This document shows, piece by piece, positions 37,844 to 48,569 of a stretch of DNA of 64,000 bases. The DNA comes from a virus (Duplodnaviria > Caudoviricetes): IMG/VR virus record IMGVR_UViG_3300020469_000008, positions 32,001 to 96,000 of that record, one strand, 5' to 3'. A program made the position numbers and the translations under genes. The notes beneath the pieces were generated by a model. It did not search any database. It was not told the origin of the DNA and worked only from the letters and a program-made list of their open reading frames with translations. Every line of letters begins with the position of its first letter. Position 1 is the stretch's first letter.

Positions 37844-40800
37844 TTGGCCAGAGAAACACTCAAAGACTTTTTAAACTCAAAAGGGCATGCAACAGACTCA
37901 ATATCATATGTGCAAAAAGAGTCACCTGATGGTTTGGGTGTTGATCCAGGCACTGGTGAAGAATTAGTAGACTTAGTGAATTCAGCAAAAGGTTTACTAG
38001 GCGATTACTTAAAATTTTTAGTAGATAATTCATCTAACGATTTTAAATTAAAAGGTGGAAATGAAAAGGCTTCATCTAGCAAAAGAGGCGACGATCTAGT
38101 TCTAGCAGATTTGCAAGGCGCAGACAATGTTTTTGTCGAGCAAGGTACAGTACTCAAAGCAAAATTAAATGAAAATAGTAATAGTGGTAAATTTGATTCA
38201 TCTGGTACTGATCTAAACACACTTGTAGACAAGGTGGGTAAAAACTTTAGTAATCATAACAAGTTGAAAGAAATACAAGGTAGAGAACGCAGCGTACATG
38301 GCAGCACATTAACTAATGCTAATGGTGATGAAAATGACATTGTTCAAGCTACGCAAAAAATGTTTTTAGCAAACAATCGTTTTGCAAATGTTGGAAATCC
38401 TAATAAACAATCTTTCACTGTTAAACCACAATCGATTGAACAATTTGAGAAAGATGAAAAAACTAATAATTCAGGTACATTAAACTTACAAAGAAAGTTT
38501 GGTGTATATGATCAAAATAGTCAAGGCATCACAAGCATAGAAAAAATAAAACAAATTGGTGCTTCACTATTACTTAAATCTTCTGGGTTTTCATATGGTT
38601 CAACACCTGGCAACACCGAAGAAACTTATGAATTTTTGGATGGGATCAATGAGGAATCAGCAAAAAACTTTGATTTAAATGCTGGTTTTTCAAAACTTAA
38701 CTTTAGTAACATACGTGCTAAAAATGCAAAGGGGTTTCCCGACAATAATGCAGGAACATCAATTAGAAGCGACCGCGGTGAATTTGTATCCTTAGGCTCA
38801 GAAGGGTTTGATGATAACGCTAATAGTAAAACAACGTTTGGAAGCACCTATAACACTGGTTTTAGGTTTCAAGGCAATACTATTAAATTACACAAAATAC
38901 AAGCTGCGATATCTATGATCGCACTTAAAAATGTTGGTAGCAGATTTTGGAGTAGTTTCATAGAAAAGCTTAGACAAGAAGACAGGGTGGATTTAACTGC
39001 GTCAACAGAATCATTCGTGAAGGAAAACACAAAAGGTGATGTTTTAACATACATGTTGGGTAAATCTAGACAACTTGGCTCACTTCAAATAGACAACTTT
39101 ATTTTTGGTTCATTATTAACAAATACAACATATCCTTACGGTGACGCAGTTGATCGAGGTTTGGAAATATTATTTGGAAATTCTGATCGTGACGACCCAG
39201 AAAAAGTTGCAGAACAAAGTATAATATCACAGGCTCCTGGGTTTTGGCTAGCGATTAGTAGATCTGTACTTAAATCTTTTGATGATATATATCAAAAGTA
39301 TAGTGGTGAAGATTTAAATCAAGGATTGTCAACAAAAGAGTTGTTTTCAATATACAAAGATATGATTGAATCGAATCGATTTATCAGATTTTTTAACGTC
39401 TTAGCTGTGATGGGCGACATTAGCTTGTCATCTACTGATGGTGTAAAAAACAATATTGGTGATAAAAACTTTAAAAGAGCAAGGGACGTCGATGCAATAC
39501 CTGACACCCTCTCGATACCCGGTAAATCTAGAAAAAAAGATGGATTTAACAAGAACGAGCTTTCCTGGGGGAGTAATACAACACCATCAATGTACATATT
39601 ACCAGCAAACATTATAAGAGCAGCTAGCTTACTTAACAATACAGTTGAAGGTGAAAATCCGGCACGAGGAATGTTAGGTTCTAAGTTATCTTCTAGTACT
39701 TATATGGGAATTGACGTCGATGGTTCTTTTAATAGAATACCTAATGAAGTAGTAAAGATTTTAGAAGATAAACTTGATTCAGAATATGTTCCTTTTTATA
39801 TTCAGGATTTAAGAACAAATGAAATTATTTCTTTTCACGCATTTTTAGACTCACTATCAGATACTATAACACCCACATTTAATGGTGTTTCTGCGTACGG
39901 CCGAGCTGATGCTGTTCAAATATATCAAAGTACAACTAGGTCTTTGCAAGTTGGTTTTACGCTTTTTGCAACTAACAGAGAAGATTTTGACGCAATGTGG
40001 TATAAAATAAACAAATTTGTTACTTTGTTATACCCACAATATACACCTGGTTCTATGGTTTCTAACGGTGAAGGATCAAAGTTTTATCAACCATTTAGTC
40101 AAGTAGTCGGCGCGTCACCAATAGTTCGTCTTAGGATTGGTGATGTAATAAAATCAAACTATTCTAGATTTGGATTAGCCCGGGCTTTTGGTATCGGAGA
40201 CGATAATGTTAATGCAAAACTAAACCAAACACCAACACTTGGGTCTTTAGTATCTAGTGTTGATGCATTGAGTAACGTATATAATGTACTTACAGATTCT
40301 ATAATTAAAGTTTGGTTAAGTTCTTTTGGATCTCCGCACTCTGTCGTTAATCTTGCATCAGGCGCAGTACCTACAGGCTCAAGTGGTCTAGCTAAAATGC
40401 TCAAGTCAAGCGTGACGTCAGGTGTGATAAGCGCAGCCGCTGGGATTTTGGTAAATGGTTTTGCAAACCCTCTTGCAGTGGATAACATTATACTACAACT
40501 AACAGACCCCAATCAACAGATAGGCGGTAACGATCAGACATCTAAACTGTTATCGTATTTAGATGAGTCAGCACTGACTACTGGTTATGCTGCTGGAACG
40601 GTTGAAGGCGTGGAAGCTTTTACGCTTCGACAAATGATATTAAAACCAAACGTAGTAAATGGATATTTTTGTGCTGAAACTGGTAAAAAATATTTACTGC
40701 CAAGGCGTATAAAAGTAAGAGTTATGAAAAAAGGACCAATGTCTAATCTTTCAGAAATTGCAGGTTTACCTAACATAATAGGTTACTTGGTTAAGGTTGT

Positions 40801-41416
40801 TGATCCTGCAGCACCTATTGAATTATCCAACCAGGGTTCTGAACAACATTTAGTTGTTAGACATTCAGATATTTTGCCAGACCCAAAAGAGTTGTTTAAT
40901 AATTCAGTGATCGGTGCAGCTCTATTCGCGTCAGATCCAATCGCAGCTGCAGCTGATGTTGGTTTAAATCAACTTATGAACGATTACACACTAAATAGCG
41001 GAATACCTAACGAAATTAATGATTTTATAAGATCACAGTATCTTCGTGATGATGCGTTGTTTATGAGACCTGAGTTAAACCCATACGTTAGAGCTATGGA
41101 AACGACAAAAGGTCGCGGTTTGGCAGGTGTAATAAAAGGAATTACTTTTAACTGGCTAGACAATTTTCCTTGGGAAGTTGATTATAATGCTCGTGCGCCA
41201 ATGGGTGTAAAAATATCCTTTGGTTTTGATGTTATTCATGATCTTCCGCCAGGATTAGATCATAGCGGTTACAATAAAGCACCACTTTATAACGTTGGCG
41301 AAATAATGAGAAACTTATCAGGTGACGTATACGAAGACAATGGTAAGTCTGCAGAGCTTAATTACAGAAAAGAAGGTGGTAAAGCGTCACGTGTTAAAGG
41401 TCAAAATAACGGCTAG
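37844..41416 (+). CDS. large baseplate/tail-tube-initiator protein (gp48/gp54-like domain)
   Basis: TTG start after AGGAG; PFYIQDLRTNEIISFHAFLDSLSD...YGRADAVQIYQSTTR...PIVRLRIGD; C-terminal APMGVKISFGFDVIH. Confidence 0.55.
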   Translation: MARETLKDFLNSKGHATDSISYVQKESPDGLGVDPGTGEELVDLVNSAKGLLGDYLKFLVDNSSNDFKLKGGNEKASSSKRGDDLVLADLQGADNVFVEQGTVLKAKLNENSNSGKFDSSGTDLNTLVDKVGKNFSNHNKLKEIQGRERSVHGSTLTNANGDENDIVQATQKMFLANNRFANVGNPNKQSFTVKPQSIEQFEKDEKTNNSGTLNLQRKFGVYDQNSQGITSIEKIKQIGASLLLKSSGFSYGSTPGNTEETYEFLDGINEESAKNFDLNAGFSKLNFSNIRAKNAKGFPDNNAGTSIRSDRGEFVSLGSEGFDDNANSKTTFGSTYNTGFRFQGNTIKLHKIQAAISMIALKNVGSRFWSSFIEKLRQEDRVDLTASTESFVKENTKGDVLTYMLGKSRQLGSLQIDNFIFGSLLTNTTYPYGDAVDRGLEILFGNSDRDDPEKVAEQSIISQAPGFWLAISRSVLKSFDDIYQKYSGEDLNQGLSTKELFSIYKDMIESNRFIRFFNVLAVMGDISLSSTDGVKNNIGDKNFKRARDVDAIPDTLSIPGKSRKKDGFNKNELSWGSNTTPSMYILPANIIRAASLLNNTVEGENPARGMLGSKLSSSTYMGIDVDGSFNRIPNEVVKILEDKLDSEYVPFYIQDLRTNEIISFHAFLDSLSDTITPTFNGVSAYGRADAVQIYQSTTRSLQVGFTLFATNREDFDAMWYKINKFVTLLYPQYTPGSMVSNGEGSKFYQPFSQVVGASPIVRLRIGDVIKSNYSRFGLARAFGIGDDNVNAKLNQTPTLGSLVSSVDALSNVYNVLTDSIIKVWLSSFGSPHSVVNLASGAVPTGSSGLAKMLKSSVTSGVISAAAGILVNGFANPLAVDNIILQLTDPNQQIGGNDQTSKLLSYLDESALTTGYAAGTVEGVEAFTLRQMILKPNVVNGYFCAETGKKYLLPRRIKVRVMKKGPMSNLSEIAGLPNIIGYLVKVVDPAAPIELSNQGSEQHLVVRHSDILPDPKELFNNSVIGAALFASDPIAAAADVGLNQLMNDYTLNSGIPNEINDFIRSQYLRDDALFMRPELNPYVRAMETTKGRGLAGVIKGITFNWLDNFPWEVDYNARAPMGVKISFGFDVIHDLPPGLDHSGYNKAPLYNVGEIMRNLSGDVYEDNGKSAELNYRKEGGKASRVKGQNNG

Positions 41417-41425
41417 GAGATTTAA

Positions 41426-41731
41426 ATGGCACTATCAAGATACTCATTTGCAGTACAAAGAAAGGATTCTAATGATCAAAAAATTGTAAGTATTTCAGGT
41501 TCTTGCTATCAGATATATAACGCAATTGAGAATGGCACTTTAAGTTACAGTGTTCATGTTCTAGAACAAGGTGAAAGACTAGACTATCTTGCAGGAATTA
41601 ATTACGGTGATTCTAGCTTTTGGTGGATTCTAGCAGCAGCAAGCGGAATCGGTTACGCACTACAAGTACCACCAGGCACAATTATTAGAATACCAAACAG
41701 TATATCTGAAGTTTTTGGAGTAATTTTGTGA
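41426..41731 (+). CDS. LysM-like baseplate wedge protein (gp53/tail X-like)
   Basis: GERLDYLAGINYGDSSFWWILAAASGI, PPGTIIRIP. Confidence 0.75.
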   Translation: MALSRYSFAVQRKDSNDQKIVSISGSCYQIYNAIENGTLSYSVHVLEQGERLDYLAGINYGDSSFWWILAAASGIGYALQVPPGTIIRIPNSISEVFGVIL

Positions 41732-44700
41732 TTGGTAAAAGTAAGTTAGACTCAATTAGTAACTACAATTTAAGTTATGAAAATTTTCTAGAGGCTATTA
41801 ATGATTTTGATGGTTTTGTTTTAGGATCTTCATATAATGATATATTTTTATTTACAGAAGATCAAAAAATTAAAAAAGCATACACAGCTGCGTCTCAAGA
41901 AGTTAATGATGAAAAAGATCCAGCACTCGATAATTTTGTTAAAAATATTGCATCAAGAATTCTAGACAGAACAACCGGTACTTACTTTTTTAGTGACATG
42001 TTTAATGGCAACATGCACGATAGGTATTTTCCTTACATAACTAACTACGCTGCTGATAATAAATTAAACAATATTGGTGACTTTTTACATATATATCTAC
42101 CTGTGAAAGGATCGAATAGAAGCGGTATAAAAGCATTCAATAACAATGCGTTTGTTGATTGTGTACCAAGAGTTAAAATTAATAATGTTATCCAGCAATC
42201 TCACATGGGTGATCACATTTGTTACTTTACTGATACTAAACAAGTAAGAGTACTTTTGACAGGTAGCGATGGAAAAGCAGTATTTACTACAACTGCGCAA
42301 GGTAACAAAGTAGTCAAACAATACACACAAGATATATCTCCTAGCGGAGAACGCAAGCATCCAGAAATAAATAGAACCGAAGGTTCTAGACAAGGAGATA
42401 GATTTCATACACCTAACTTGTGTGCAATGGTTGTTAGACATCCAAAAGCCAGCTTATCAGGTCGAAATAAGTCACATTTGCCGATATTTTTTAACACAAT
42501 ATCGCCTATTGAGATGTCAAAATGTACTCCGTATATAAACATACAGATTTTATCACTAAACTACGGAAATAAAAAAAATAGAATTGGCAACTTAAATACT
42601 GTCTCCTATTTAAGATTTGTTCAAAATAAATCGTCAGGTGACTTTATACTATCAGATGATTCTAGTTTTGGTAAATTAGGGCCTGTTCAAAAATCCGAGT
42701 CAATAACTGACAAGTTAGTTCGCGAAAACGATTATGATTATAGTTTTATGGACGTTTTTGCGGCGCCACAAATGCTTAGTAACGCAAAAATAAACAAAGA
42801 AAATGGTAATCTACTAAGAAACGCAAACATTAATGACCCAGTCCTAGATCCAATTATGCCGTTTATGTCATTAAAAAATTTAAATGTTAACATAACAGGT
42901 GCTGGATATGGCATAATGTCTTCTAAAAGGGCATCCTTGTCACTTGTCTTACATGATAGATCTCGGTTAACAGATATAGCTCCTCTAGTAAGCAGTACAC
43001 AATTTGCTACTACAAAGATTATCGTTGAATATGGTTGGTCACACCCTGAAGGAGGAGTAGGCTCTGACAATGTAATTGGTAAATATTTAGATGGTATTAA
43101 AGATAGGTCTGTGTTTCAAGTTGTTGGATCTAAGTTTGATTTTGGTGATGGCGGCTCTGTAAACATTGATGTAGATTTAGCTGCTTATGGGTTTAGACAA
43201 ACTGAACGTGTGCATGCCGGGGCAGGACCAGAAGTTCCATTAAATTCGCTGCAAAACTTAATTGAAAAAGCGACAAGTGACTTGATTAAAGACTCAAAAA
43301 ATAGAAAAGAAGCTCCAGAGATAAGACAAGAAATCAAAATGAATTCTCGTTCAGCTAGATCAATTGAATCGATGATATCATGGGATGCTTACAGAGCAAT
43401 AGCAGTAGATCTTAAGAGTAACGATACAAAAAAAATACTTAACAATTTAGAGACTATACTTGCTGGTAAGACAGAGAGTGATGGTACTACGAGAACAGCA
43501 GGGCTCAGCGGAATATTGCAAAAAGAAAAAGAAAAAGTAAATGCTGTGAAAAGAGTTTTTGGTAAATTAGCAGAAATTGAGAGTGATGATAGTGTTGACG
43601 CATTTTTAGTGTCAACTGTTACAGGAGGGGAATCCATTATAGGGGATGAAGAAAGTGAAGATTCTTATACTGATCTTAAATCGGAATTTGTATCAGTAGG
43701 TAAACTAGTATCACAATTTGTGGGTCATCCGCTAGCAGCCACTGGTTTATATGATGAAGTTCAGCTTGTATTTTATCCCATAAACCATCACGCAGGTGGC
43801 GGAAGAGCGCACACTACTGCTAGTTTCCCGATTCAAAAATCGACTGTCGAATTAAAATTTTTAGAAGCGATAAAAAATAATTCACACATATCAACAAAGT
43901 CAGCATTTGCATTAATTGAAAAATTAATGAGAAATAAAAACGAACCGGCGTATGGTTTATCTGATTTACTGACCCAACAAAACAATATTGTTTCAGCAGA
44001 TGCAAACAGGGTACGTGCGGTAGTAAAATCAAGATTAGAAGAAGGTCGATTAGAAGATCTTAATATAGTCGGAAAAGACGCTGAATTAATTGCAAAAATA
44101 ACACAGACTGAAACAGTCAGTGCAGACGATTTTAACGGCTGGCTCTCAAACGAAACTGCGGTTAATGATATAAATGTAAAAGCACAAGAAATAGTAACAA
44201 AATTAAAAGAAACTCAAGCTGAGATAGCAGCAGAAGAAGCAAAAAATCCTCCAAACAATACAACATTAATTGTGCTTAGAACTCGCGAAGTGATGCAAAG
44301 AGGTGAACTAAAAGCTCAAGAGCAAGCTTTGACATTAGCGCAGTATAGAAGTAAAAGATATAACGAAATTGTAAAAACAGTTAGAAAGCAAATTTCAATT
44401 GAAACTTCTACCAACATTACTGAAAGATGTCGTCAAATTTATGATAGTGATGGATTAAAAGAACTTTACCCAGCAGAAAGCAAATTTATTCGTCCAAACT
44501 TAGCAATGAATTTTGAAGTTTTAGATGTAATTAGCCCACCTGATTATTCTAAAAAAGAAACTTCATACAACGGATTAATTGAAAATAAGCAAATATTAAG
44601 GATACATGTTTATGATGAAGAAGCATTGCCAGACCCATCCAAATACGCAGTTTTAAATTCTCTAATAGAAGGTACTGGTAATAAGATGATATCTGGTAAA

Positions 44701-45192
44701 AATTATGAAAAAGTACAAAGCTATTTTAAAGGTCTTAACTTTAACGACGTCAAACAAATTGTTAAAAGATCATATCCTACTATTATATACGGTGCTGCAA
44801 ATTCAACAATTAAAACATTAAGTGTTTCATCAAACACTAGTGGTGAAATGGCAAATGTACTAATGGTTGAAGCTTACGGTAACCTTAAAAAGGGACAAGT
44901 TGAAGGTTTTAACGCTGAGAATGAATTTGATAGTATAGTAATGTTTCCTAACACCGTTTCAATATCAATGCTAGGCATGCCTATGATTGGTAGAGGTAAC
45001 AGTATTTTTATTGACTTTGGGACAAATACTAGTGTTGATAACATATATACTGTGAAGTCAATATCACATTCTATTGGTGCAGGTAATTTTACTAGCACTG
45101 TATCAGTTGTACCATCAAATATGGGTGCTATATCTAACTTTAAAGAAAAGTTATCACAATCAATTAGTAAAATTAGAGAAAATTTAGATTAA
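41728..45192 (+). CDS. large baseplate hub protein (gp27-like, tentative)
   Basis: GTGA overlap; TKIIVEYGWSHP; C-terminal GMPMIGRGNSIFIDF...IYTVKSISHSIGAGNFTSTV typical of hub folds. Confidence 0.55.
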   Translation: MIGKSKLDSISNYNLSYENFLEAINDFDGFVLGSSYNDIFLFTEDQKIKKAYTAASQEVNDEKDPALDNFVKNIASRILDRTTGTYFFSDMFNGNMHDRYFPYITNYAADNKLNNIGDFLHIYLPVKGSNRSGIKAFNNNAFVDCVPRVKINNVIQQSHMGDHICYFTDTKQVRVLLTGSDGKAVFTTTAQGNKVVKQYTQDISPSGERKHPEINRTEGSRQGDRFHTPNLCAMVVRHPKASLSGRNKSHLPIFFNTISPIEMSKCTPYINIQILSLNYGNKKNRIGNLNTVSYLRFVQNKSSGDFILSDDSSFGKLGPVQKSESITDKLVRENDYDYSFMDVFAAPQMLSNAKINKENGNLLRNANINDPVLDPIMPFMSLKNLNVNITGAGYGIMSSKRASLSLVLHDRSRLTDIAPLVSSTQFATTKIIVEYGWSHPEGGVGSDNVIGKYLDGIKDRSVFQVVGSKFDFGDGGSVNIDVDLAAYGFRQTERVHAGAGPEVPLNSLQNLIEKATSDLIKDSKNRKEAPEIRQEIKMNSRSARSIESMISWDAYRAIAVDLKSNDTKKILNNLETILAGKTESDGTTRTAGLSGILQKEKEKVNAVKRVFGKLAEIESDDSVDAFLVSTVTGGESIIGDEESEDSYTDLKSEFVSVGKLVSQFVGHPLAATGLYDEVQLVFYPINHHAGGGRAHTTASFPIQKSTVELKFLEAIKNNSHISTKSAFALIEKLMRNKNEPAYGLSDLLTQQNNIVSADANRVRAVVKSRLEEGRLEDLNIVGKDAELIAKITQTETVSADDFNGWLSNETAVNDINVKAQEIVTKLKETQAEIAAEEAKNPPNNTTLIVLRTREVMQRGELKAQEQALTLAQYRSKRYNEIVKTVRKQISIETSTNITERCRQIYDSDGLKELYPAESKFIRPNLAMNFEVLDVISPPDYSKKETSYNGLIENKQILRIHVYDEEALPDPSKYAVLNSLIEGTGNKMISGKNYEKVQSYFKGLNFNDVKQIVKRSYPTIIYGAANSTIKTLSVSSNTSGEMANVLMVEAYGNLKKGQVEGFNAENEFDSIVMFPNTVSISMLGMPMIGRGNSIFIDFGTNTSVDNIYTVKSISHSIGAGNFTSTVSVVPSNMGAISNFKEKLSQSISKIRENLD

Positions 45193-45234
45193 TTAGTTTT
45201 TGTAAATTTAACTCTGGGTTTGTATTAATTAACT

Positions 45235-46305
45235 ATGAATTCCTTAATAAAACAAAAACAAATCGGTACAGTTATTTTAGATAGATCCTGGTCACTAACT
45301 GGTGACCAGTGTAAATTTAAATTAAGTAAATCAGATCTAGTACTTAATATTTCAACATTATCTAATATAAGAATTTTGTCTGACTTAGATAAGATAAAGT
45401 CTGTAAGCGAATATTATTATAGTATGTTCTCAACACTAAATTTTAGTGGAAGTATAGTATATAAAGAAATGTTAGGAAGAAAAAAATCTTTAGAATATTT
45501 AGAATACTTAAAAAGTAACATTGACAGTACAAATAAAATGATCACATCATACCATACAGATGTATTTAATATTAGAAAACAGTGCTATAAGAATTTAAGT
45601 AAAGTAGAATTAGAAGGTGTGGAGTTAGAGACTCCCTTTTACGATCACAGTGGTGTTACAGGAAGAACAAGTATTAAAAAAGGGTTTAATTTCTTAACTT
45701 TAAAAAAAGAGAAAAGGTCACTTATAAAACCAGTAAATAAAAACATGTGTTTAGTTGAAGTTGATTTTAAATCTTGTGAACCATTCTTCTATCTTAAATC
45801 TATTGGGCTTGAGATATCTGGTAATGACGTATATACTTGGTTGTGTAATAAGTACAATATATCCATATCAAATAGAGATAATATTAAAAGAGGCATATTA
45901 TCAATGATTTATGGTGCAAATGAAAATACAACTGCAAGGTTTATGAAAGTTCCTGTTAAAAAAATAAAAGAAATTAAAAATGACCTTAAGTTAGAAGAAC
46001 TAGAAACTAACTTACGTAATGAGTTTGATAATAACGATTTTTTCCTTAACTATTATGGAAGACCAATAACAAGTGATAACAATGTTGTAAATTACTACAT
46101 TCAATCTTCTGCTGTTGATTTTTGTTCTCTGGCTTTTGACAATTTTTGTAAATTAAATAATCTAAAACCTAGTTATTTCATACACGATAGTATGACATTC
46201 CAATGCGAAAAGAATAAACTTGATAGTATTATTAAGGTAAAAGAAATTTATGAACCGTATTCTAAAATAAATATTCCTGTGGAATTTAATGTCATTTATC
46301 GATAA
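45235..46305 (+). CDS. stand-alone family A DNA polymerase-like domain
   Basis: TGRTS, motif A EVDFKSCE, motif B RDNIKRGILSMIYGA, NYYIQSSA, motif C FIHDS; only 356 aa. Confidence 0.75.
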   Translation: MNSLIKQKQIGTVILDRSWSLTGDQCKFKLSKSDLVLNISTLSNIRILSDLDKIKSVSEYYYSMFSTLNFSGSIVYKEMLGRKKSLEYLEYLKSNIDSTNKMITSYHTDVFNIRKQCYKNLSKVELEGVELETPFYDHSGVTGRTSIKKGFNFLTLKKEKRSLIKPVNKNMCLVEVDFKSCEPFFYLKSIGLEISGNDVYTWLCNKYNISISNRDNIKRGILSMIYGANENTTARFMKVPVKKIKEIKNDLKLEELETNLRNEFDNNDFFLNYYGRPITSDNNVVNYYIQSSAVDFCSLAFDNFCKLNNLKPSYFIHDSMTFQCEKNKLDSIIKVKEIYEPYSKINIPVEFNVIYR

Positions 46306-46313
46306 TTAGATAT

Positions 46314-46904
46314 ATGAAACATTTAAAAGAATTAGGTATCGGATCGTTCCGACCAGGAACAACAGTAAATGGAAAACATCTCGCTCCTACCGGTCATGGG
46401 AGTCCGAGAAGTGATGCAGACAGTCACCATTCAAGAATGAGTCAGCGCCATTATCCACTTGACTATTTTGAAGAATATGATGAAGATGAAGATATAATAT
46501 TAGACTGTCGTATTTATCGAGATGGAAAGTTTCAGTTACTAGAAACATTAAAAGCTTTGGATGAATTTACAAATTACGCTGATAAATACGCGCAAATGGC
46601 ACAAAAAATAAACGATAAAACATTTGCACGAAACAATAAAACAAGAAATCTTGATACACTTGAAGATAAAATAAACCAAAACGAAAACATGAAAGAGTTG
46701 GATGAAGATCCTATTGAAGAATTTTCTGGTGCAGCAGCTGGAGGTGGTGGTCCTGCAGTACCTTTAGGGTACACAGCAAAAGGTAAACCTGAAACGCGAG
46801 CACAACGAAGAAAAAGACAAAAATTTAATATCACGAAGTCTTATCCTTATACAAAGCTTGCAAAACCACCTAGATCTAGAAAAAATAAGAAAAAAACAAA
46901 ATAA
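46314..46904 (+). CDS. hypothetical protein (possibly virion-associated)
   Basis: IEEFSGAAAGGGGP, basic C-terminus, ATAATTA immediately upstream. Confidence 0.6.
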   Translation: MKHLKELGIGSFRPGTTVNGKHLAPTGHGSPRSDADSHHSRMSQRHYPLDYFEEYDEDEDIILDCRIYRDGKFQLLETLKALDEFTNYADKYAQMAQKINDKTFARNNKTRNLDTLEDKINQNENMKELDEDPIEEFSGAAAGGGGPAVPLGYTAKGKPETRAQRRKRQKFNITKSYPYTKLAKPPRSRKNKKKTK

Positions 46905-46998
46905 TTTGATAAATTTTCTTCTATCTTGTTAGTATTAATTGTTCAACAAATCATTTAGATTTTGGACATTATAAGTTAAACATTAAAAAGGAGAAAAC

Positions 46999-47775
46999 AT
47001 GGCACTAGATTTTGATGCTATTAAACGAAAACTTGAAAGACTTAGTGGTAACACCACTTCTAGAAACGTAATGTGGAAGCCAGAAGAAGGGCAAGAATAT
47101 GAAGTTCGACTTCTTTCATTCCCAGATAATGACGGTCAACCATTCAAAGAATTGATGTTCTATTACAACATCCCTGGACAACGTGGATTATTGGCACCAA
47201 GCCAGTTCGGTAAACGTGACCCAATTCAAGAGTTGATTGATAAATTGCGCAGCGAAGGAACAAAAGAAAGCTATGAAATGGCAAAGAAGTTGTATCCAAA
47301 AATGCGCGTTTACGCACCTGTGATTGTTCGTGGCGAAGAATCTGAAGGTGTTAGAATATGGTCATTTGGTAAACTGGTATATCAAGCATTGCTTTCATTG
47401 ATGATGGATGAAGACTATGGTGATATCACAGACCTAAAAACAGGAACTGATGTAAAGGTAAAATGTACAAAGCCACCTGGTCAACAGTGGGCAAAGACAG
47501 AAGTATTACCTAAGCGCAAATCTTCACCGCTTTCAAAAGATGGGAAACAAGCAAAAGAATGGATCACAAACATTCCAGATATTAACAACATTTTTCAAAC
47601 TAAGTCATATGACGAGTTGAGTAACATTATTAATAACTGGCTTAATAGTGATGAAGTTGAAAGCGAAGGTTCTGACTGGTCTGCTAGCAAGCAAACTTCA
47701 AACAGTAAATCAGATGATAGTAGCGACACATCATACTCTAACTTAGATGATGCTTTCTCTGACTTAATGAGTTAA
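46999..47775 (+). CDS. single-stranded DNA-binding protein (gp32-like)
   Basis: WKPEEG, VRLLSFP, GVRIWSFGK, DITDLKTGTD, acidic tail ending DDAFSDLMS; AAGGAG RBS. Confidence 0.8.
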   Translation: MALDFDAIKRKLERLSGNTTSRNVMWKPEEGQEYEVRLLSFPDNDGQPFKELMFYYNIPGQRGLLAPSQFGKRDPIQELIDKLRSEGTKESYEMAKKLYPKMRVYAPVIVRGEESEGVRIWSFGKLVYQALLSLMMDEDYGDITDLKTGTDVKVKCTKPPGQQWAKTEVLPKRKSSPLSKDGKQAKEWITNIPDINNIFQTKSYDELSNIINNWLNSDEVESEGSDWSASKQTSNSKSDDSSDTSYSNLDDAFSDLMS

Positions 47776-47800
47776 CATAAATTAAAAATGTAGTTTTTTG

Positions 47801-47826
47801 ACCCGGACGAATGTCCGGGTTTTTTT
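47801..47826 (+). terminator. intrinsic terminator after SSB
   Basis: ACCCGGAC-GAAT-GTCCGGGT followed by a T-run. Confidence 0.85.
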
Positions 47827-47866
47827 GTTGTTAGTTGAATATATATAGTCATATACGAGGTTAATA

Positions 47867-48523
47867 GTGAATAACAATATTTTAGATTATCGAATTAAAC
47901 GAAATAATAGATATCAGCTACTTGAAACAGTCGAAAATATATCTAATGATCATGTATTGTTGGAGGGTGGTTCTATTGTTGGAAGTCAAATCCATAGAAT
48001 AGTAACAACCGGATTAATGGCACTCCTAGATGACGCCACAGGTGAATTATCAGGTATGATTGCTGTCTTGCCTTTACTTTATAAGAATGTTTATGAAATA
48101 CATACTTCTAACAAGGCAGTAGAAAGATTTTTGCAGGGTGATGCTGTTAATGTTGATACAGTACAATTAAAAGAATTGCGTCAAGATTTAATCAAAGATG
48201 TTTCTGATATTGTTAACGCAATAGTTCTCGCATTACCTATACCTATTATAGATGCAGCTGGGATTGCTTTCTTTAACATGTTAGAAGGTTTTATCATTGG
48301 AAAAGGCTCAGCTAGCTTTTTAAACTTAGTTGATGGTTTCCAGGATTCAAATCCTACATTATCTAAAATATTAGAAATTATAGCATATCCTTTTGGTGGC
48401 AATGTGATATACAAAGGATTGAGGAATATATCAATGATTAATGACATTATTGATATCGATATGCAAAAAAAAGATGGAAAAACAATTACTGAACGTTGGG
48501 AAGTTTTATCAGGAATTAATTGA
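47867..48523 (+). CDS. hypothetical protein
   Basis: GTG start after GAGG; LLETVE/LLEGG N-terminal sites; hydrophobic helices. Confidence 0.6.
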   Translation: MNNNILDYRIKRNNRYQLLETVENISNDHVLLEGGSIVGSQIHRIVTTGLMALLDDATGELSGMIAVLPLLYKNVYEIHTSNKAVERFLQGDAVNVDTVQLKELRQDLIKDVSDIVNAIVLALPIPIIDAAGIAFFNMLEGFIIGKGSASFLNLVDGFQDSNPTLSKILEIIAYPFGGNVIYKGLRNISMINDIIDIDMQKKDGKTITERWEVLSGIN

Positions 48524-48548
48524 AAAATCTTAATATATGCTATATAAT
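48520..48548 (+). promoter_or_regulatory. sigma70-like promoter for the recA-helicase-RNR operon
   Basis: TTGAAA-17 nt-TATAAT; AAGGAG RBS follows. Confidence 0.7.
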
Positions 48549-48569
48549 CTACTAACAAAGGAGTAGTTA

